A DNA stretch of 64,000 nucleotides from Tubulanus polymorphus (GCF_964204645.1 NC_134029.1:11124850-11188849), one strand, 5' to 3'. Shown: positions 13,371 through 27,555, counted from the stretch's first letter. Made by a program: numbers and translations. Notes: generated by a model from the sequence alone, not told the origin.

Positions 13371-13795
13371 TTTAATACTAAATTGTTTTTTAAAATTGAT
13401 TTTAGAAGTTCAATGATTTATATATGTATTATTTCAATCACACTTTACTAACACTTTTAATGTTTAAAAATCTAACTCATACAAATATAAATATTGAAAT
13501 AATGTTTAAAATATATCTATATATCTATTCTATAAGAGCTCACACTTTTATATTGAATAATCTGTCAATTTAAATGTTATTCATGTATATGAATATTTTA
13601 AGAGTAATAGGGGTTTAGTTGTTTTATATCAAAGGTTGAGAGGTTGATAAATTCTCCAAATGTGAAATAATAATACTTTCTACTTGAATTAGGAGTGTAC
13701 GCGACTAATTCAAGTAGAAATTATTGTTATTTTCACATTTGGAAAATTTCTCGACCTCTCGACCTTTGGTATGAAACAACTAAACCCCTATTACT
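13260..13795 (-). repeat. Right terminal repeat of element A including a 193-bp hairpin (13603-13795)
   Basis: Reverse complement matches 51645-52243 in the hairpin arm ends, the following CTTAAAATATTCAT segment and the MEANKYYCPTC start. Confidence 0.8.
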
Positions 13796-15329
13796 GTAGT
13801 CGAATCTGAGAGGAGTTACATTTTATGAACAAAATTTGTCTGGAAAGTGGAAAAGTATATACAGCTGCAAAGCAGCGACAACGGGTTTCTGCCTAACTGG
13901 TGCATATGTCGCACTGGGAAGCGTACAAAGATTTCATAGAAATAATTCTAATCAGCCCTTAACATCTGGGTCAACGATATGCAGGATATCTGGATCCATA
14001 AAGGCTACCGCGTAAACAGTACTGATGTACCAAGTCTAGTCAAAATTACTTCCAATGTCCCCTGGTGCCAGTTGCATGAACTTGAAAAAGTCTCACGTCG
14101 AGGCGAGTTGTGGCCAGAAAAAGAACTGGGAAAAATAAATGACGTAAGGCAAACTCATTTATTGTTCACTCCTTTTCCTATCCTTATTGTGAAATTGAAG
14201 TATTGTAATAAACAATTAATTCATTTTTGATGATCAATTAATTGTGTTGTTTTCTTTCTTAATTTGATTTGATTTGATAGGTCATCTTGCTAAGGAGTCA
14301 GTTTGTCAAAGCATCAGCAATACAGTCTAATTTGTTTACATCTCAGTTGCAGCGGGCCAGGACAAAGACTGCGGAAGTAAAGGCTGGTGCCGGGTGTCAT
14401 CACTTTGTTGATGAGTGCAAGACTCTAAAGTAAATTTATTGCAGGCTACACTGATAAATATGAGATAAAATTATGAAATGAAATGATTTTAGAAGGACTA
14501 TAATCGCAGAACCATAATAAAAATATGAAAAGTACCAGGACACGAACTGACAATCAAAATTGGGCCGTCAAGTGCTACCACCATGTGATACCTGGCAACC
14601 AGTCTTTACATCGTCAGCTGTTGCAAAATGGTTTTTGATAACTGTAGGACATTTTATAGCGGTTTCTAGCCTTTGCGGTGAGGTTTGATCGTATCCAACG
14701 TAACGTTAGGATATCATATTAAAAGGATTAATCATGACGATACATTGTAAGTAAAAAATAGCGCTCATTAAAAACTTGAAGCGTGAGATTTCTATTGCAA
14801 ATGAACTAAAACATGGCGGATTTAGGTTCCAATTTCCGGTTCTGACTAGCGCCACCAAACGAGTAATTATGTATTAACAGTGCAAAACAACCTCTAATTC
14901 AAGATATAATTTATCTATCTAAGATATAATTTGAGTCAAGACTGAGTACTTGGAAGTAATTTGACATAGGCCTAATAATTGAATTTCTAATGATACATGT
15001 ATTTAGAATCTTATATGATAATATATACCTAATTGTCGTACCGACTGCTCCGTCGTTACTGGACGTATCGCCCTGATAATCTTCCTGGTGGTAGATTTCG
15101 ACGTGTTTTATCGCTTGGGCGTGGGTTCCGATGAAAATGTATTCTGGAATTTATGTGGTGGGCCATATACCAAATTTTTCGTAGTCTACTGTTCACAGAG
15201 GGCGTATGGGTCTGCTGGCATTAGGCCACTTGATACAGCACGAGTTACTGCTGCCTTTATGACCCGGCTGCCGGGTCACGGAACAGTTTTTCAAACGTTA
15301 CAGATGATAGTAAATAAAAAAGCAATTAA

Positions 15330-16575
15330 CCCACTTAGTGTAACCTACGAGGCACTGCTGCCGGTTCAAAGCAACAAACTCACTACTCAAGTCAGCAGAG
15401 TGATTGTATTAGGCTGAGGCGTTAGCGTACGTGCAACTGAACATTTTTTGTTGTGCATCTGTTACCCGCTGTACCCACGGGTTCGGATCTTCAGTACGGT
15501 GTACAATTCATACATTATGAAATGATCATATCGGTACTTTACATATTTCTTTACTATCTATAGTTCTTTTACGGGTTTCCATGGGAAGATGAAATTCTCA
15601 GTAAGTGATTAAGGGATCGAATATCCTCGGCTACAGGTCAAGTCGGTCCGAGATCCCATGGTCTCAACGGGCATGGATGATCACAAAATACTCCTACTCA
15701 ATTCACAAAAAGTCGGAAGTAGTATGTTTAAAAATCACCCGTGGTTCCCACGGGCTTTTCATACATTATGAAATGATCATATCGGTACTTAACATATTTG
15801 TTTGCTATCTATAGTTCTGTTTCGGGTGGGTTCAAATCTTCAGATCTGCGTACAATTCATACATTATGAAATGATCATATGGGTACTTTACATAGGCCTA
15901 TTTGTTTCTATCTATAGTTTTATCACCTTAGGCCCCCATGGGAAGGAGAAATTTTCGGTATGTGATTAGGGGCCCCAGTTTCCTCGTTCACAGGTCAAGT
16001 CGGTCCCGAGATCCCATATGGTCTCTATGGGCACGGGTGATCACACCACATAATAGGCCACTTTAAAATGCTCTTACTCAATTCGTATGCAATGAACTAA
16101 TTAGTAGGGAGTTCTACGTTTAAAAATCACCCGTGGTTTCCACGGGCTTTCCGCTAGCAGCCGGTTCAAAGCAATAAACTCACTTACTGAAATCAGCAGA
16201 GTGAGGCTGGAGCGTGTGTGACTGAACATTTTTTACCGGTTACCGGCTGCACCCGCGGGTTCAAATCTTCAGTACTGCGTAGAATTCATACATTATGAAA
16301 TGATCATATCGGTACTTTACATATTTGTTTCTATTGTCTATTACCTTGGGAATCCATGGGAAGCAGAAACTTTCAATATGTGATTAAGGGCTCTAGTATC
16401 CTCCGACCCGGGTCAAGTCGGTCCCAAGATCCCATGGTATTATCTATGGGCGCGGGTGATCATACCACATAATAGGCCACTTAAATATGCCCCTACGCAA
16501 TTCACGTGCAACGAACTAATAAGTCGGAAGTTCTACGAATAAAAATCACCCGTGGTTCCCACGGGCTTTCCACTA
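15330..16575. repeat. Degenerate tandem repeat, ~3 units of ~360-430 bp
   Basis: Recurring TTCATACATTATGAAATGATCATAT, GGTCAAGTCGGTCC and AAAAATCACCCGTGGT blocks. Confidence 0.8.
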
Positions 16576-18504
16576 GTGAACAAGTATTTTCTGTTTCTAT
16601 CATTTTTGCAGTATCACAAATTAAGCCTGTGTTCTTTGGCGGATTCAATATAGTGTCTCTCCATATGATTGTGCGACAAAACAATGTTCAGCTGATGTTC
16701 TACGATAGTAAGAATGCAGTTGCAGCTCTAAAAACCCGTTATCGCTGCTTTGTAGCTATATTTGGTTTTGTAATTCATGCATGTTTTTTTTCTTTTTTTT
16801 TGTTTAGGGGAGATGTAAGATTCATACTTATATTTTGTATGGACTCGTGTCACCAGCTCGGTAGGAATAAAGCATATATTGGACTGGGCTCCATTGTGTT
16901 TGTTCATTCAACCGGCCGTCGGTTTATTTGACTATTACAAGTAAAGTAATATATATGGAGAAATGATAATATGTATTAACATACCACGACTATAAACATA
17001 ACTATCATTTAGTTCATGCTATGTACAAGTACTGTAATATGTATGCTGCGAAGGCAGCTGTAAAATGAATCAAATATAATTTCAATTAAGTTTCCTTATC
17101 TTTGAAATAAGTTCTTTAAGTTATCATTGTCTATTTCTTTTTGGTGGATTGGATCAAAAAAGAAATCGAGGTAAAACCGCGGGAGTTTCGTTTTAGAAAA
17201 AAATCGTATTAATGACTGTACCATGAACTGGAGTAGGTGCGGCGCTTGTGTTCAATGCCGAGTAGGCCTACTAGTTACAACAAGAAAACTAATTTTGATA
17301 AATTATTTGACGCCTTCGAAAAAAATGTAGAATTTTTGGGATAAGCTAATGTGGAATTGCACATTTGAAATTGAAGTTTTAAGAAATTTGGAGAATTATA
17401 AGATTTGGCGATTGGGTAAATGATCCAGGTCTTCGACTGCAGTGGTGGTTTAATTTTATTATTAAATTGTCAATAATTGATAACTTGCGACCGACTTCAT
17501 TCACTTTTGCCTCTCAGCTGGTCTGCAACTTCATTGCCTCCATGGTTGAGGAAAGAGCTCTTCTGATGTCTGCTTCATCACGACTTTGGAGCATATCGTG
17601 TGGCCTAGCCAGCTGGTCCGTCCCTGGTTTGGCTGTCCCTCAATAAGCTCTTGAGTCTGGGTTGAAGTAGACATTGTCATTTAAAATAACTTGTTTATGT
17701 TACTCTGTATGAATTACGCGTGTGTCTTGTATGTTATATTTTGAAATTTGTAACTTCATTGAATTTAGCAATAAAGAATTGAATTGTCACCTAATACACA
17801 TGCTATCAGTGGACGCGGAGCCGATGGCATACGAATATTCGAGCAGATTAATAGACCGATTTTTCAGCGTCGTATAATGGAATATATCCATACATAGGTG
17901 ATATTGACCAAAGAGGAAATGTATTTGGACAAAAAAGTTTATTATGGGGGAGAAACCAAGGTTACCATTGACACAGGAATTTGAATGGGAATTCATTAAA
18001 GCCGAGTCAACTATGTGAAGTCGGGTGATACTGTTGGGCGGAAAAATTAAACGAGAATTATTAAAATCAAATTGATGACCATTAGAATCCCAAACATGGG
18101 TAGCTACAACTCAGAATTTATGTATATGTTTCGTGTGCGCTTTTCTAACCAGAGCTCGCTCGCTTGTGTTATGCGCCAAAGAGCGCTCAGAAATTTATGT
18201 TGTATTTAGTAATGCCTGCTCGCTTCGGTGTTTTAGTTTACATTTGGCTTTCTTTCTGCACGCTAGGAGCGCTCAACGATTTGTGTTACTTCTGTTTAAG
18301 TTTGTTTCTTTGCCTGTCAATGCCAAGTTAATTGTGTCGGGAAGACTTGTAATTGTTTTTCATTTGTTTTGTGTGTGTCGGAAAGACATGGTACAGTGTA
18401 ACAATGTTTTTTTTAAATTTATTTTTGTTTTCGGGTTGTGTGGACGTATTATGTTTTTCTTTTTTTTGGTGTGAAAAGAGTTAATTTAAATGTTTTGTAC
18501 TTTC

Positions 18505-18812
18505 AACACATTATTATTCGAAAATGGAATTATTAAATTCATGGAATCAATTATAAAGCTGAAAAAAGAAAACGGTTATGCATCGGTCAAAGGAATGATA
18601 GATAATTTGTTACCTAGCAGTGCGGGTTTGCATAGAACGTGTGATTCAGCTGTTAGCACTGACCGAGGCTACAATATTGTAACCTAGGTCGGTTCACTGC
18701 ACAACTTTTTTTGTAAACACTAACCGAGGCTACAATATTGTAGCCTAGGTCGGTTCACTGCATGACCTTTGCTTGCGATTACTGGCCCGACCCCAGTCGG
18801 TTGTTTTTACAG
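18505..18812 (+). repeat. Dispersed repeat with two palindromic units; inverted relative of 30203-30580
   Basis: AACACATTATTATTCGAAAATGGAATTATTAAATTC and ACCGAGGCTACAATATTGTA(A/G)CCTAGGTCGGT occur reverse-complemented at 30203-30580. Confidence 0.8.
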
Positions 18813-21800
18813 TATTTGAAGTACTGGTCAATTGGATGTTACCATAAATAAACAGTATTTTGAAGATGTGGTGACAGAGAGAATCTGTTTTTATTTCGTC
18901 TTGAGAAGGTCCTACTGTTCGCTATTCTGTGTCAAAATATGAATTGAAATATAAAGGATGGAGTTAGTTTCCTTTCCCGATACTGTATTTATGCTTTTAA
19001 TCATGAAGGATAATTATGTTATAGCAATTATAATGATAACCTACGACAGTTTCAAATTCACGTATTAGAAAACGACAATTATCTTTAGATTCCAAATTTC
19101 ATTTGGAAAGCGGCGTTTATGCGCACAATTCCTAAAATGTCAGAATTCCGAAAACTAGGGATTCACACGGTTAGAATGTTAACTAAATAAGTTTCGTCCG
19201 AGCAAATGATTACTATAAGAAACTAACGGCGAAACTTCACGGGTTGGTGCGGTCTGTGCGCTGCATGAACGGGTTTTTGGTATCAAATGTAAAATACCGG
19301 CCGTGTACATGTTCGGATTTGTACCGATACATTGAGTTTAGTTCAATTTTTTGATCATTATAGTTTAGGAGTTCTGTGTGACCTCACTGAGCGCGCTGAT
19401 CAAAAATAGTCTGCACACTGTAAGCATCACATGTTGCTTGGTTTTAAAGGACAGTGTGCTAATTGACTATACATGAAAATGGGCTTGACCAAAATTCTCT
19501 TCCTGACAGAGGAATGTATAATCGCACTGATATAGCTGTCTTGCTAGGTTGAAAGGTGTTTGAACTTCGCCGAATTCAGTTAAAATTCAATGAAATACCA
19601 TAATTAATAAAATCTTATTGACGGAAATTTACCGCTATATTTAAGTTATTTTTCAGTGCGTTTTAAAATTACATTGAATTCATCGTTTGAGGTCAATGAT
19701 GGCGCAAAACAATTTAAATTGAGTCCAGTTGGGAGAATATTCCCTTACTTTAGGGTGATTTAGTATTTTATGAATCAAGAAATTATTTACAATGGACTTA
19801 TTTTCCGCTAGCAGCAAAACAACACACTGTTGTCTGAACTGTCAATCATTACGTCGTGTCTAGTTTAACAAGTAGATATAGACTAAAAAGGATGCGTGGT
19901 CCCCACGCGAGAACCAAACAAGACGGTTGTTAGTGGACGTACTCAAGTTGGATGGTCAGGAGTCAACAACGGTTTAAATAATTTATAAAAACAGATGTAA
20001 GCAGTTGTAAACTTGTGAACAGAGGAAATATCAACATATATACACAATTGTGTCTAACTTTCTCCTGTCTGGTTTTATGTTAAATACATATTTTGTTTGA
20101 ATAAATATTCAAATATCGATCCGGAAGAGCAATGCGGCCAACAACATTTTATTTTGAGTTTGAAAAAATGACCTGTTGACTCGGTAAGACGGCTGTTCGA
20201 TTTACCGGGTGCGCACTACTATGTTTTAAATGGCTATGAAAACGGAGTCGAACCAAGAACAGCAATTAAGCTTGATGTCTCGTTTCCCTCATAGATGACA
20301 TATATCAGAATCAGTTTTCTCAAAATCTGTTTCTTATCGAAGTCCTTGATTCGTGCTTGAATATGTACATAAGATTTTACAAATGAACACGAAGATATAA
20401 CAAGAATTGAGGTATTGGTTATTCGGTGACAAGTCGAATCGTTTGGAACTTAGAAAAATCCTCAGACTTAGAAAAGTCTGACTTAAGTTGAATTTCCGAA
20501 AAGTACGACTACTAATTGTTTCTGTTATCGGAAATTAAATCAACATCTACATCTAATGTATCAATTGATACGAAACGGTTTTAGGACCGTAGATTGATTG
20601 AAAGTTACGGAGAGGGAGGGGTAGCTCTATCGCATTAAAACATTATTGCTCAGTTATACATATGGCATTCATCCATTTAGCTCAAACAACAAACACACTT
20701 CTGCGCAGAAAAATACCAAGGCTATATATGCTTAATCGTATTTTATTGATACAGACAATAAAATCGCTGTCCGCGTTTTGTCCCCTTGCTTAAGTCACGT
20801 CGTTTGTTATCTAATACAAATTAAAAGGTCAGCAGAATTTAAGGGCTTTCACCGTTGAGTAGTAGCCTATCTGTCATGAGGCCTGATCATGCACATGTGT
20901 TATATTAGAAATACAATATAGCTTTTCAATTTTTTAGGCGAAACGTTGCTTTAAATATATTCGCCGCGTCTTGATTTTCTTGAGGGATTTCTCTTGATTG
21001 TTAAAACAATATCAAATCAAAAATATCTCAAAAAGCATGAAACCTAGAAATATGTAGCCAATTTGGAATTGGATGAAATGTTCCAATTCAAAATAAGCCA
21101 TTCGACCCTGTTATCAAACATATCAGTGTTCTTTAAAACACTTGTTAAATATCGGAGGATTTTTAAGCCGAGCTTCAAACATTTCGATTCCTGAACTAAA
21201 ATGATTATGTGGCATGTAATTATCCAAGACTATGAATATGTTTTAGGTGACCGTTTAAGGTGTTCCTTTTATGCGGGAAGGATTTGTTTCAATCGCACTT
21301 TTAAGATATCAACAGCTCACTATGAAAAGTAACGGTATCGATTGATCGCTGACAGATTTAGCAGTTAAAATCGCCACACGTGTTAAATGTTTGCATTGAT
21401 ACAGGCGATTAGAGGGACACATGGCATCCACTGCATATAAAACAGTAGATAGATTTCTGGAGATTTAAAGTTTGGATGCTCTGATGAACTCTATCAGCTG
21501 TTGGTTGGTTAAAGCATAGCAGTGCTAAATTTCTATGGTTAAAGTACATTGCAGGTGACCCAAATGATTCGCCTGCTGCCTGGATACTATAAACCTGGTA
21601 CCTACGAGCATGGACTCTTTAAGATGGATGTCTGGACGTTATAGTACAGTGTTCATGACTATAGAACCGGGTGACCCGAATTCCCCACCTGCCTGAAAAT
21701 CTCATAGGGGAGGTTACGCGTATATCTTTGCTGCACACCGATCTCCTTGAAAGGTCAAAATGCTATTTTTGTGAAGAACTACACGAGCCTCTCCATCTGA

Positions 21801-21989
21801 TTTAACACAGGGTACATAAATATTTAACTAATACTTTTAAACAAGATTTCTTCAGAATAAAAACTACGTCCAAATATCTTGCTAAAGTACTCCCCGGCTC
21901 TGGGTACTTATTCTCATTCTGATTCTCACATTCGGCACAATATGGATCTTTTAGACTAACTCAAAAATCTCAAACCTAATGGCCAAAAA

Positions 21990-23200
21990 TTTATATGTTT
22001 CGACGCTATATCCTTGTTCACAAATATACCATTGGAACCAACTCTCAATTTATTAAGAAGAAAACTCCCGGACTCCAATCTTGATCTCCCGGTTCCTGTA
22101 GATTGCTTACTTGAACTTTTGGAGCTCTGTACAACCAATCTATACTTCCAATTCCAAGACAAAATCTATGAACAAATTTTCGGTTTCGCTATGGGCAACC
22201 CATTTTGGCTAATCTTTTCCTTGAACATTTTGAATGCGAAATTCTTCCGAAATTACGCTGGCTCTAAACCTAACTTTTGGATTGGATGTGTTGATGACAT
22301 TCTGTGCTTTAGTTTCTGATGATTTTGATCTTAACTCTTTTATTGACTTCATCAACTCTCAATATCCATCTTTGAAATTCACATTTGAATGGGAACAAAA
22401 TGACCAAATCCCGTTTTTAGATGTTCTAATTCACAATAAATACTCTCATTTGTTTTTTCAAGGCCTCTTTCTCCGTGCACTGCAGATTTGCGATGAAACC
22501 TTCCTTTCGGCTGAATTTGACCACATATCCAACTCGCTTAAAAAATTGGCTTACCCAGATCACATTTTGAAAATTGCTATTTCTAAGGCTAAACGTACTT
22601 TCTTTAATTCTAAACCTCCAGAAAATAGAAAAACACATTTCAGAATTCATTGTAGTTCCGTATGTACCTGTTTTGCAAAAGTTTCGTCACTCTCTCCCTT
22701 TATTGGATAGACAAATCATTTAGCAAGACTTTCAATCTAAACCTTTGGACTGCGGAGTTTACAAAATTCCTCGTTTTGGCTGTGATAAAATGTACTCTGG
22801 AGAAACTGGTCGAAATTTAAAAACTCGAATTTCGGAACACAAAAAGGATATAATAAATAAAAAACCGGCTAGTGGTGTAGTCAATCATGTTTGGAACACT
22901 GGTCATCGTTTTAATTTTGATAAAGCCAAAATAATTTATACTTCCAGCAAATACACTAAACGCCACACAGTTGAGTCTTCCCTAATTACTCGTCACTCAG
23001 ATATTAGTACCAATTTAAATAATGGCTTTTCTCCTCACAATTCCCTTCTTTCTAAGTATATTACTTCATGCCTTGCCAAACACTAATTAGTTACTCACTC
23101 ACCAATTTACTCAATTAACCTGTTCTCCTCTTTATATATACCCTTGTTTTAGTCAATATCTCACACCTGACGATGATCTCTAGTGTGAGATCGAAACGCC
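21990..23200 (+). mobile_element. Penelope-like retroelement remnant (RT + GIY-YIG), degraded
   Basis: SLFTNIP, YEQIFGFAMG.P, CVDD, IPFLDVLI, and GVYKIP..C..Y.GETGR.L..RI.EH across frameshifted ORFs. Confidence 0.85.
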
Positions 23201-23206
23201 ATGTTC
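23167..23206 (+). ncRNA. Hammerhead-ribozyme-like core at the Penelope 3' end (probably degenerate)
   Basis: CTGACGA, stem GATCTC/GAGATC, GAAAC; no helix I partner seen. Confidence 0.5.
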
Positions 23207-23221
23207 TTACATTTTAGATTA

Positions 23222-25602
23222 CAGTCAAATCTCGTTATACCGCCTTCCGTAATACCGCCAGCCCCGGCTCTCGCCGTATTTTTGCCAATGCACAGATCAG
23301 ATGTATTTAATCTAATGTATTTTTGTCCCGTCATACCACCCTCCGCTAACCGCCAACCGCCAACACTAATCTGCGTACAAATATATTGTTAAGCATTACT
23401 TTTTGTCGCGTTATACCGCCAGCGAAAAAATTTAGCGATCAATTCTATATGTAGGCTTATAATACACTGCAGATATAGCGCAACGATCTATTGTCTCCCT
23501 AACGACCAATACTGCGCGGTAACTTTAGATTGTGTATCTAATTGCTTGTCTCAGCATGGCTGAAAAACGACCCCGGCTGTCTTTATCTGTGAAAGAAAAG
23601 CGTGAAATCTGTGAATTTTCAAAGAAGTGGCCGACAAAATCGCAGCAAGCTGTTGCAGATCACTTTGCTACATTATGGAAAAAGCCGATCAAACGACGAA
23701 CTAATGGCGATATTCTAGCACAGGCTGAAAAATGGTTAAATTCTGAATTAAACACTGAGGCAGCACTGTCTTCTAAGAGATTACGGTCAGCTAAACATGA
23801 AAATATGGAGAAAGCCCTTTATTTGTGGTTTAGCTCTACAAGAGCCAAGAACATTCCTGTCACCAAAGACATTATCAGAGCACAGGCGATTTATTTTGGT
23901 GGGGAGTTAGAAATTGGCGAGTTTAGTTACTCCAGTGGATGGCTGAACAGATTTAAGCATCGTTACGGAATATCCAGTCACAAAATCAGTGGAGAAAGTG
24001 CTGGAGTTGATCAGGAAGTTGTGAAATCCGGAATAGAAAAGGCCGAAGAGGTTATCAAGAACTTTACTCCGAGGGACGTGTTCAATATGGACGAGACTGG
24101 TTTATATTATGCCCTCTTGCCTGATCGATCCTTAACTACCTCAGAATTTGTAAAGGGCACAAAAAAAGTTAAAAACAGAATCTCACTTGCTGTTTGTGCT
24201 AATTCAGACGGCACTGAGAAATGCCGCCTCCTTGTGATTGGTAAAAGTAAACGTCCACGCTGTTTCAAGGGTTTCAACTCCCAGCTATATTGTGATTATG
24301 AAGCGAACAAGAAGGCGTGGATGACGAGCATAATCTTCTTCGAGTGGTTGGAAAATTTCAACCAGAAAATGCATTCTCAATATCGCCACGTGCTACTAAT
24401 CTTAGATAACGCACCGTCACATATTGTACCGGAGAACGAGAACGGCGAGTTGTCACTTGGAAATGTAACAGTGCACTTTCTCCCGGCAAACACAACTAGC
24501 CACATTCAACCTATGGATGCGGGTGTCATTCAGAACATGAAGACGCACTACCGGAGGCTGCAAATACAACATCTTGTTAATGCCATTGACAATAATCGAC
24601 CTCCAAAACTTGAGCTCAGTGACGCAATTAGATATGCTAAGTCGGCATCGGATAGAGTTTCAAGAGAAACGATTGCTAACTGTTTCAAGCATAGCCAAAT
24701 TCTGCCAGAAATCTGGCCATCTGTCGCGAGGCCACAGACGAGCGCTCCTCGGAGAAATTTGTTTGAAAGTTTAATGACAGAAGCCGCTGAAACATCGGAA
24801 GAATCTTCGTCAACCAATACAACTTCTACCCGACCTAGAATTGGTGACAATCTGTTTGAACGTTTAGCGGCTGCACTCAGCATTGCTCCCGAAATGCTTA
24901 TGACGGAGGAAGAATACGTCAATGTCGATAAAGAACTACCGTCTACCGCGATATTAGAGGATGATGAGATTTTAGATTTAGTGAGAAGTGACATGAATGA
25001 TGACAATGGCGATGATGAAGAAGAGGATATCCCTGAACCGGAGAAACCACCGACATCGTCAGAAGCTCGTTATGCAATCCGTTCGTTACTTCGTTACTTG
25101 GAATCGAACAAGTACGCAACCGAAGAAGACATCCGTGCTATCAATCAAATTGGATCTCGTCTGCATCCGTGCTATCAATCAAATTGGATCTCGTCTGGAC
25201 ACTCTGACAGGCTTATCTATGAAGCAGTCGCAGATAACTGACTTTTTCACAGCGAGTAAATAAACAATACAAGGACCTTACGCAAACATTGCACTCGGTA
25301 ATTAAAAATCGGTGATGGATTTTAATAAACAAACACGTGCACGCTGCATTCTTTCAGTGCCGTTTGCCTCCAGCGGATTAATTAGTAATATTGCCTACTG
25401 TTCGTAATATTTTGTGATTGAAGAGTCAATAAAAACAAGTAATTTGTTGGTCTTTATTGTTATTCTTTATTTATTTTGACATATTGCTCAAAATGTGATG
25501 GAAAAATGGGAAGTTTTAGTGAACTCTCGCTATACCGCCTAACCCGTCATAACGCCAAAATTTCCGTGATCCCGATGTTGGCGGTATAACGGGATTTGAC
25601 TG
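23222..25602 (+). mobile_element. Full-length pogo/Tigger DNA transposon
   Basis: TIRs CAGTCAAATCTCGTTATACCGCC / GGCGGTATAACGGGATTTGACTG; TA TSD at 23220-21 and 25603-04; subterminal TATACCGCC repeats. Confidence 0.95.
23556..25263 (+). CDS. pogo/Tigger transposase (psq + CENP-B HTH, DDD), C-terminus frameshifted
   Basis: SSGWLNRFK.R, FNMDETG, LILDNAPSH, IQPMDAG. A 34-bp duplication at 25130-25197 puts the original end QSQITDFF out of frame; the current ORF stops at 25241. Confidence 0.9.
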
Positions 25603-25965
25603 TATTTCAATAAATAATTCTCGATTTTAGATTTCTTTTAATTTTTAAATAGTGGGTTTTATCTTACATCTGATAATATCATCATTTTTATGCATGTTGC
25701 TTGCTAAACGTCATGAATTATGTCATCTTATATGTAGGTACGCAGCTTAGTAAAAGTCACAGAATATTCAAGATGAATATTTGGAAAGACAACACGGAAA
25801 ATTTGAAATTTTTGAAACGATTTAAGCTTTTCAAAATCAGAATATTGAAGTATTTTATTAAATGTTGCTGTTAGCAAGGGGGACATTTACCTAGAGGAGA
25901 TTTTTACCGGGGGGGATATTTACTGGGGTATTTTTCCGAAAATAAACCATTTTAAGGACAAAAAT

Positions 25966-27150
25966 AATCAAAAATCATGTTGATCTATACTTGAAAAAGC
26001 TGCATTTAATCTTCCAATTGAATTTTCATTAAATTATTGCCATGAAATAAAGGCAATTTCGATTAATCTTAAAACTTCAAAACTTATCACATTATACAAA
26101 CAGATTTAGCTCGATGGTTATCGGTTAGAGTTTTATCGCTCATATATTTCACATCCTCAAAGAGCATATTCAGAATATTTTAACTGCCCTGAAAACTATA
26201 TAGCGTTTGCATACAGTTTTGCACTACTGTTTATACGTTGTTTATATTGTCACGTATCACTGCAAATCTGAAGCATATGTCGCTATTTATAACAGGGGAT
26301 CTGGCAAGCGAATCCAAACTGAAAAGAAGACGCTTTTGGAGAGTGGCATGATCGCGGGGGGGGGGGGGGGGCAGACTTGAAATAAATGCCATTGAGTAAT
26401 TCAGTAAAATGTTCCAGAATCTAGCTTTTGGAGAAAGGGCCACAGGTGCATAAGGCACAAAAGGGGTGTGGTCTTTGAAGAATGAGATGCGTTTAGGTGC
26501 TTTCTGAGCACTTTCTTAGTTGAAATTAGGAATGGTATATGCTCACAATTTCAGGCATGTTTTATGTAAAAAGGATAATAACGATTACAATAGATTCAAT
26601 GAGGCTAAGATTATCTGATGTATAAAATGAAGGTTAAAATCTATCTAAGCCCACGAACTGTTGAAGAATTTCAGAATGTAACGCTATGCAGAAATACGAC
26701 AATAACGGTTTTACACTGGTATCCTTTAACAGCAGGCGATGAAAAAAATTATGTTCAAGCGTCAGAAAAATGGATGAGGGCCTGGCCCCATGTCTCTGTA
26801 TTGTTCTCCGAATCCAAGAACAAGTCTATCGCACATTTGAGCCTGAGTAGCCACTTAAGATTTGCGGTGATACGTGAGTACATGAACACATTGAGAAACT
26901 AGTGGAAAATTCTATACCCACGCTATAGTTTGGGATATAGTTGTATTTTGAGTGTCTCAGTTAAGCTCTGAAAATAGTCTAACCAATAAAAATCGAGATT
27001 GGAGTAAATAAGTTTACAAATTGTCATTGGTTATGGAGTTTTACGATGAATCGAAATTTCCTTCTTTTTGTGGCGATATTAGTTTAATGCAGAATTCGAT
27101 TTTAACAAATGCAGCTATTTTCAAGCATGTCTGCATTCATATTTTGATTT
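25966..27150. repeat. Old imperfect inverted repeat (MITE-like), arms ~25966-26290 and ~26845-27150
   Basis: CACGTATCACTGCAAATCT / AGATTTGCGGTGATACGTG and CTTGAAAAAGCTGCATTT / AAATGCAGCTATTTTCAAG; related motif again at 29160. Confidence 0.55.
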
Positions 27151-27555
27151 AATTTCTGGAATTAGAAGCGTAATCATAAATTCAGGCTAACCTCTCATTA
27201 TTGAAATGGTGGTTTATTTTCAACGGGGGTCTGGATGTCTTTGCATCATAAATTTCGATGTGCATTTTGGAGTGTTCGAACCTCCCATGATTTTGTATTA
27301 ATTTCGCTGAAATGTTGATTTAAAAAAATAAAAGATGCTGTATCTATAATAGATTTATGTGGATCTATCAATGCATTCTAAAGAAATCTTCCGAACTGAG
27401 GCCGAATTTAATAGAAATAAGAAATTTCGTAATTTCGTATAGTATTCAAGATTTCATTTGGATTACGGTAACGGCCTTTGGTGATCTTCACCGTGAGGTC
27501 ATGAATGAAGAAATACCATAATAGAACTCTTAATATGATAACATGTGTTGAGATG

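Larger units (their letters stand above)
1..13795 (-). mobile_element. Polinton/Maverick-like element A (right half; decayed; EndoVII-type pPolB family)
   Basis: Co-oriented minus-strand MCP, membrane-protein genes, penton-like gene and fragmented pPolB. Ends in hairpin ...CCCCTATTACT at 13795. Colinear with and closely similar to 58730-64000. Confidence 0.9.

Noticed and set aside
21481-21520. CTGATGA as a hammerhead core
   Set aside because: No helix II or GAAA partner follows.
13979-21900. Short ORFs as host genes
   Set aside because: No recognisable domains or convincing exon chain; small host exons cannot be excluded.
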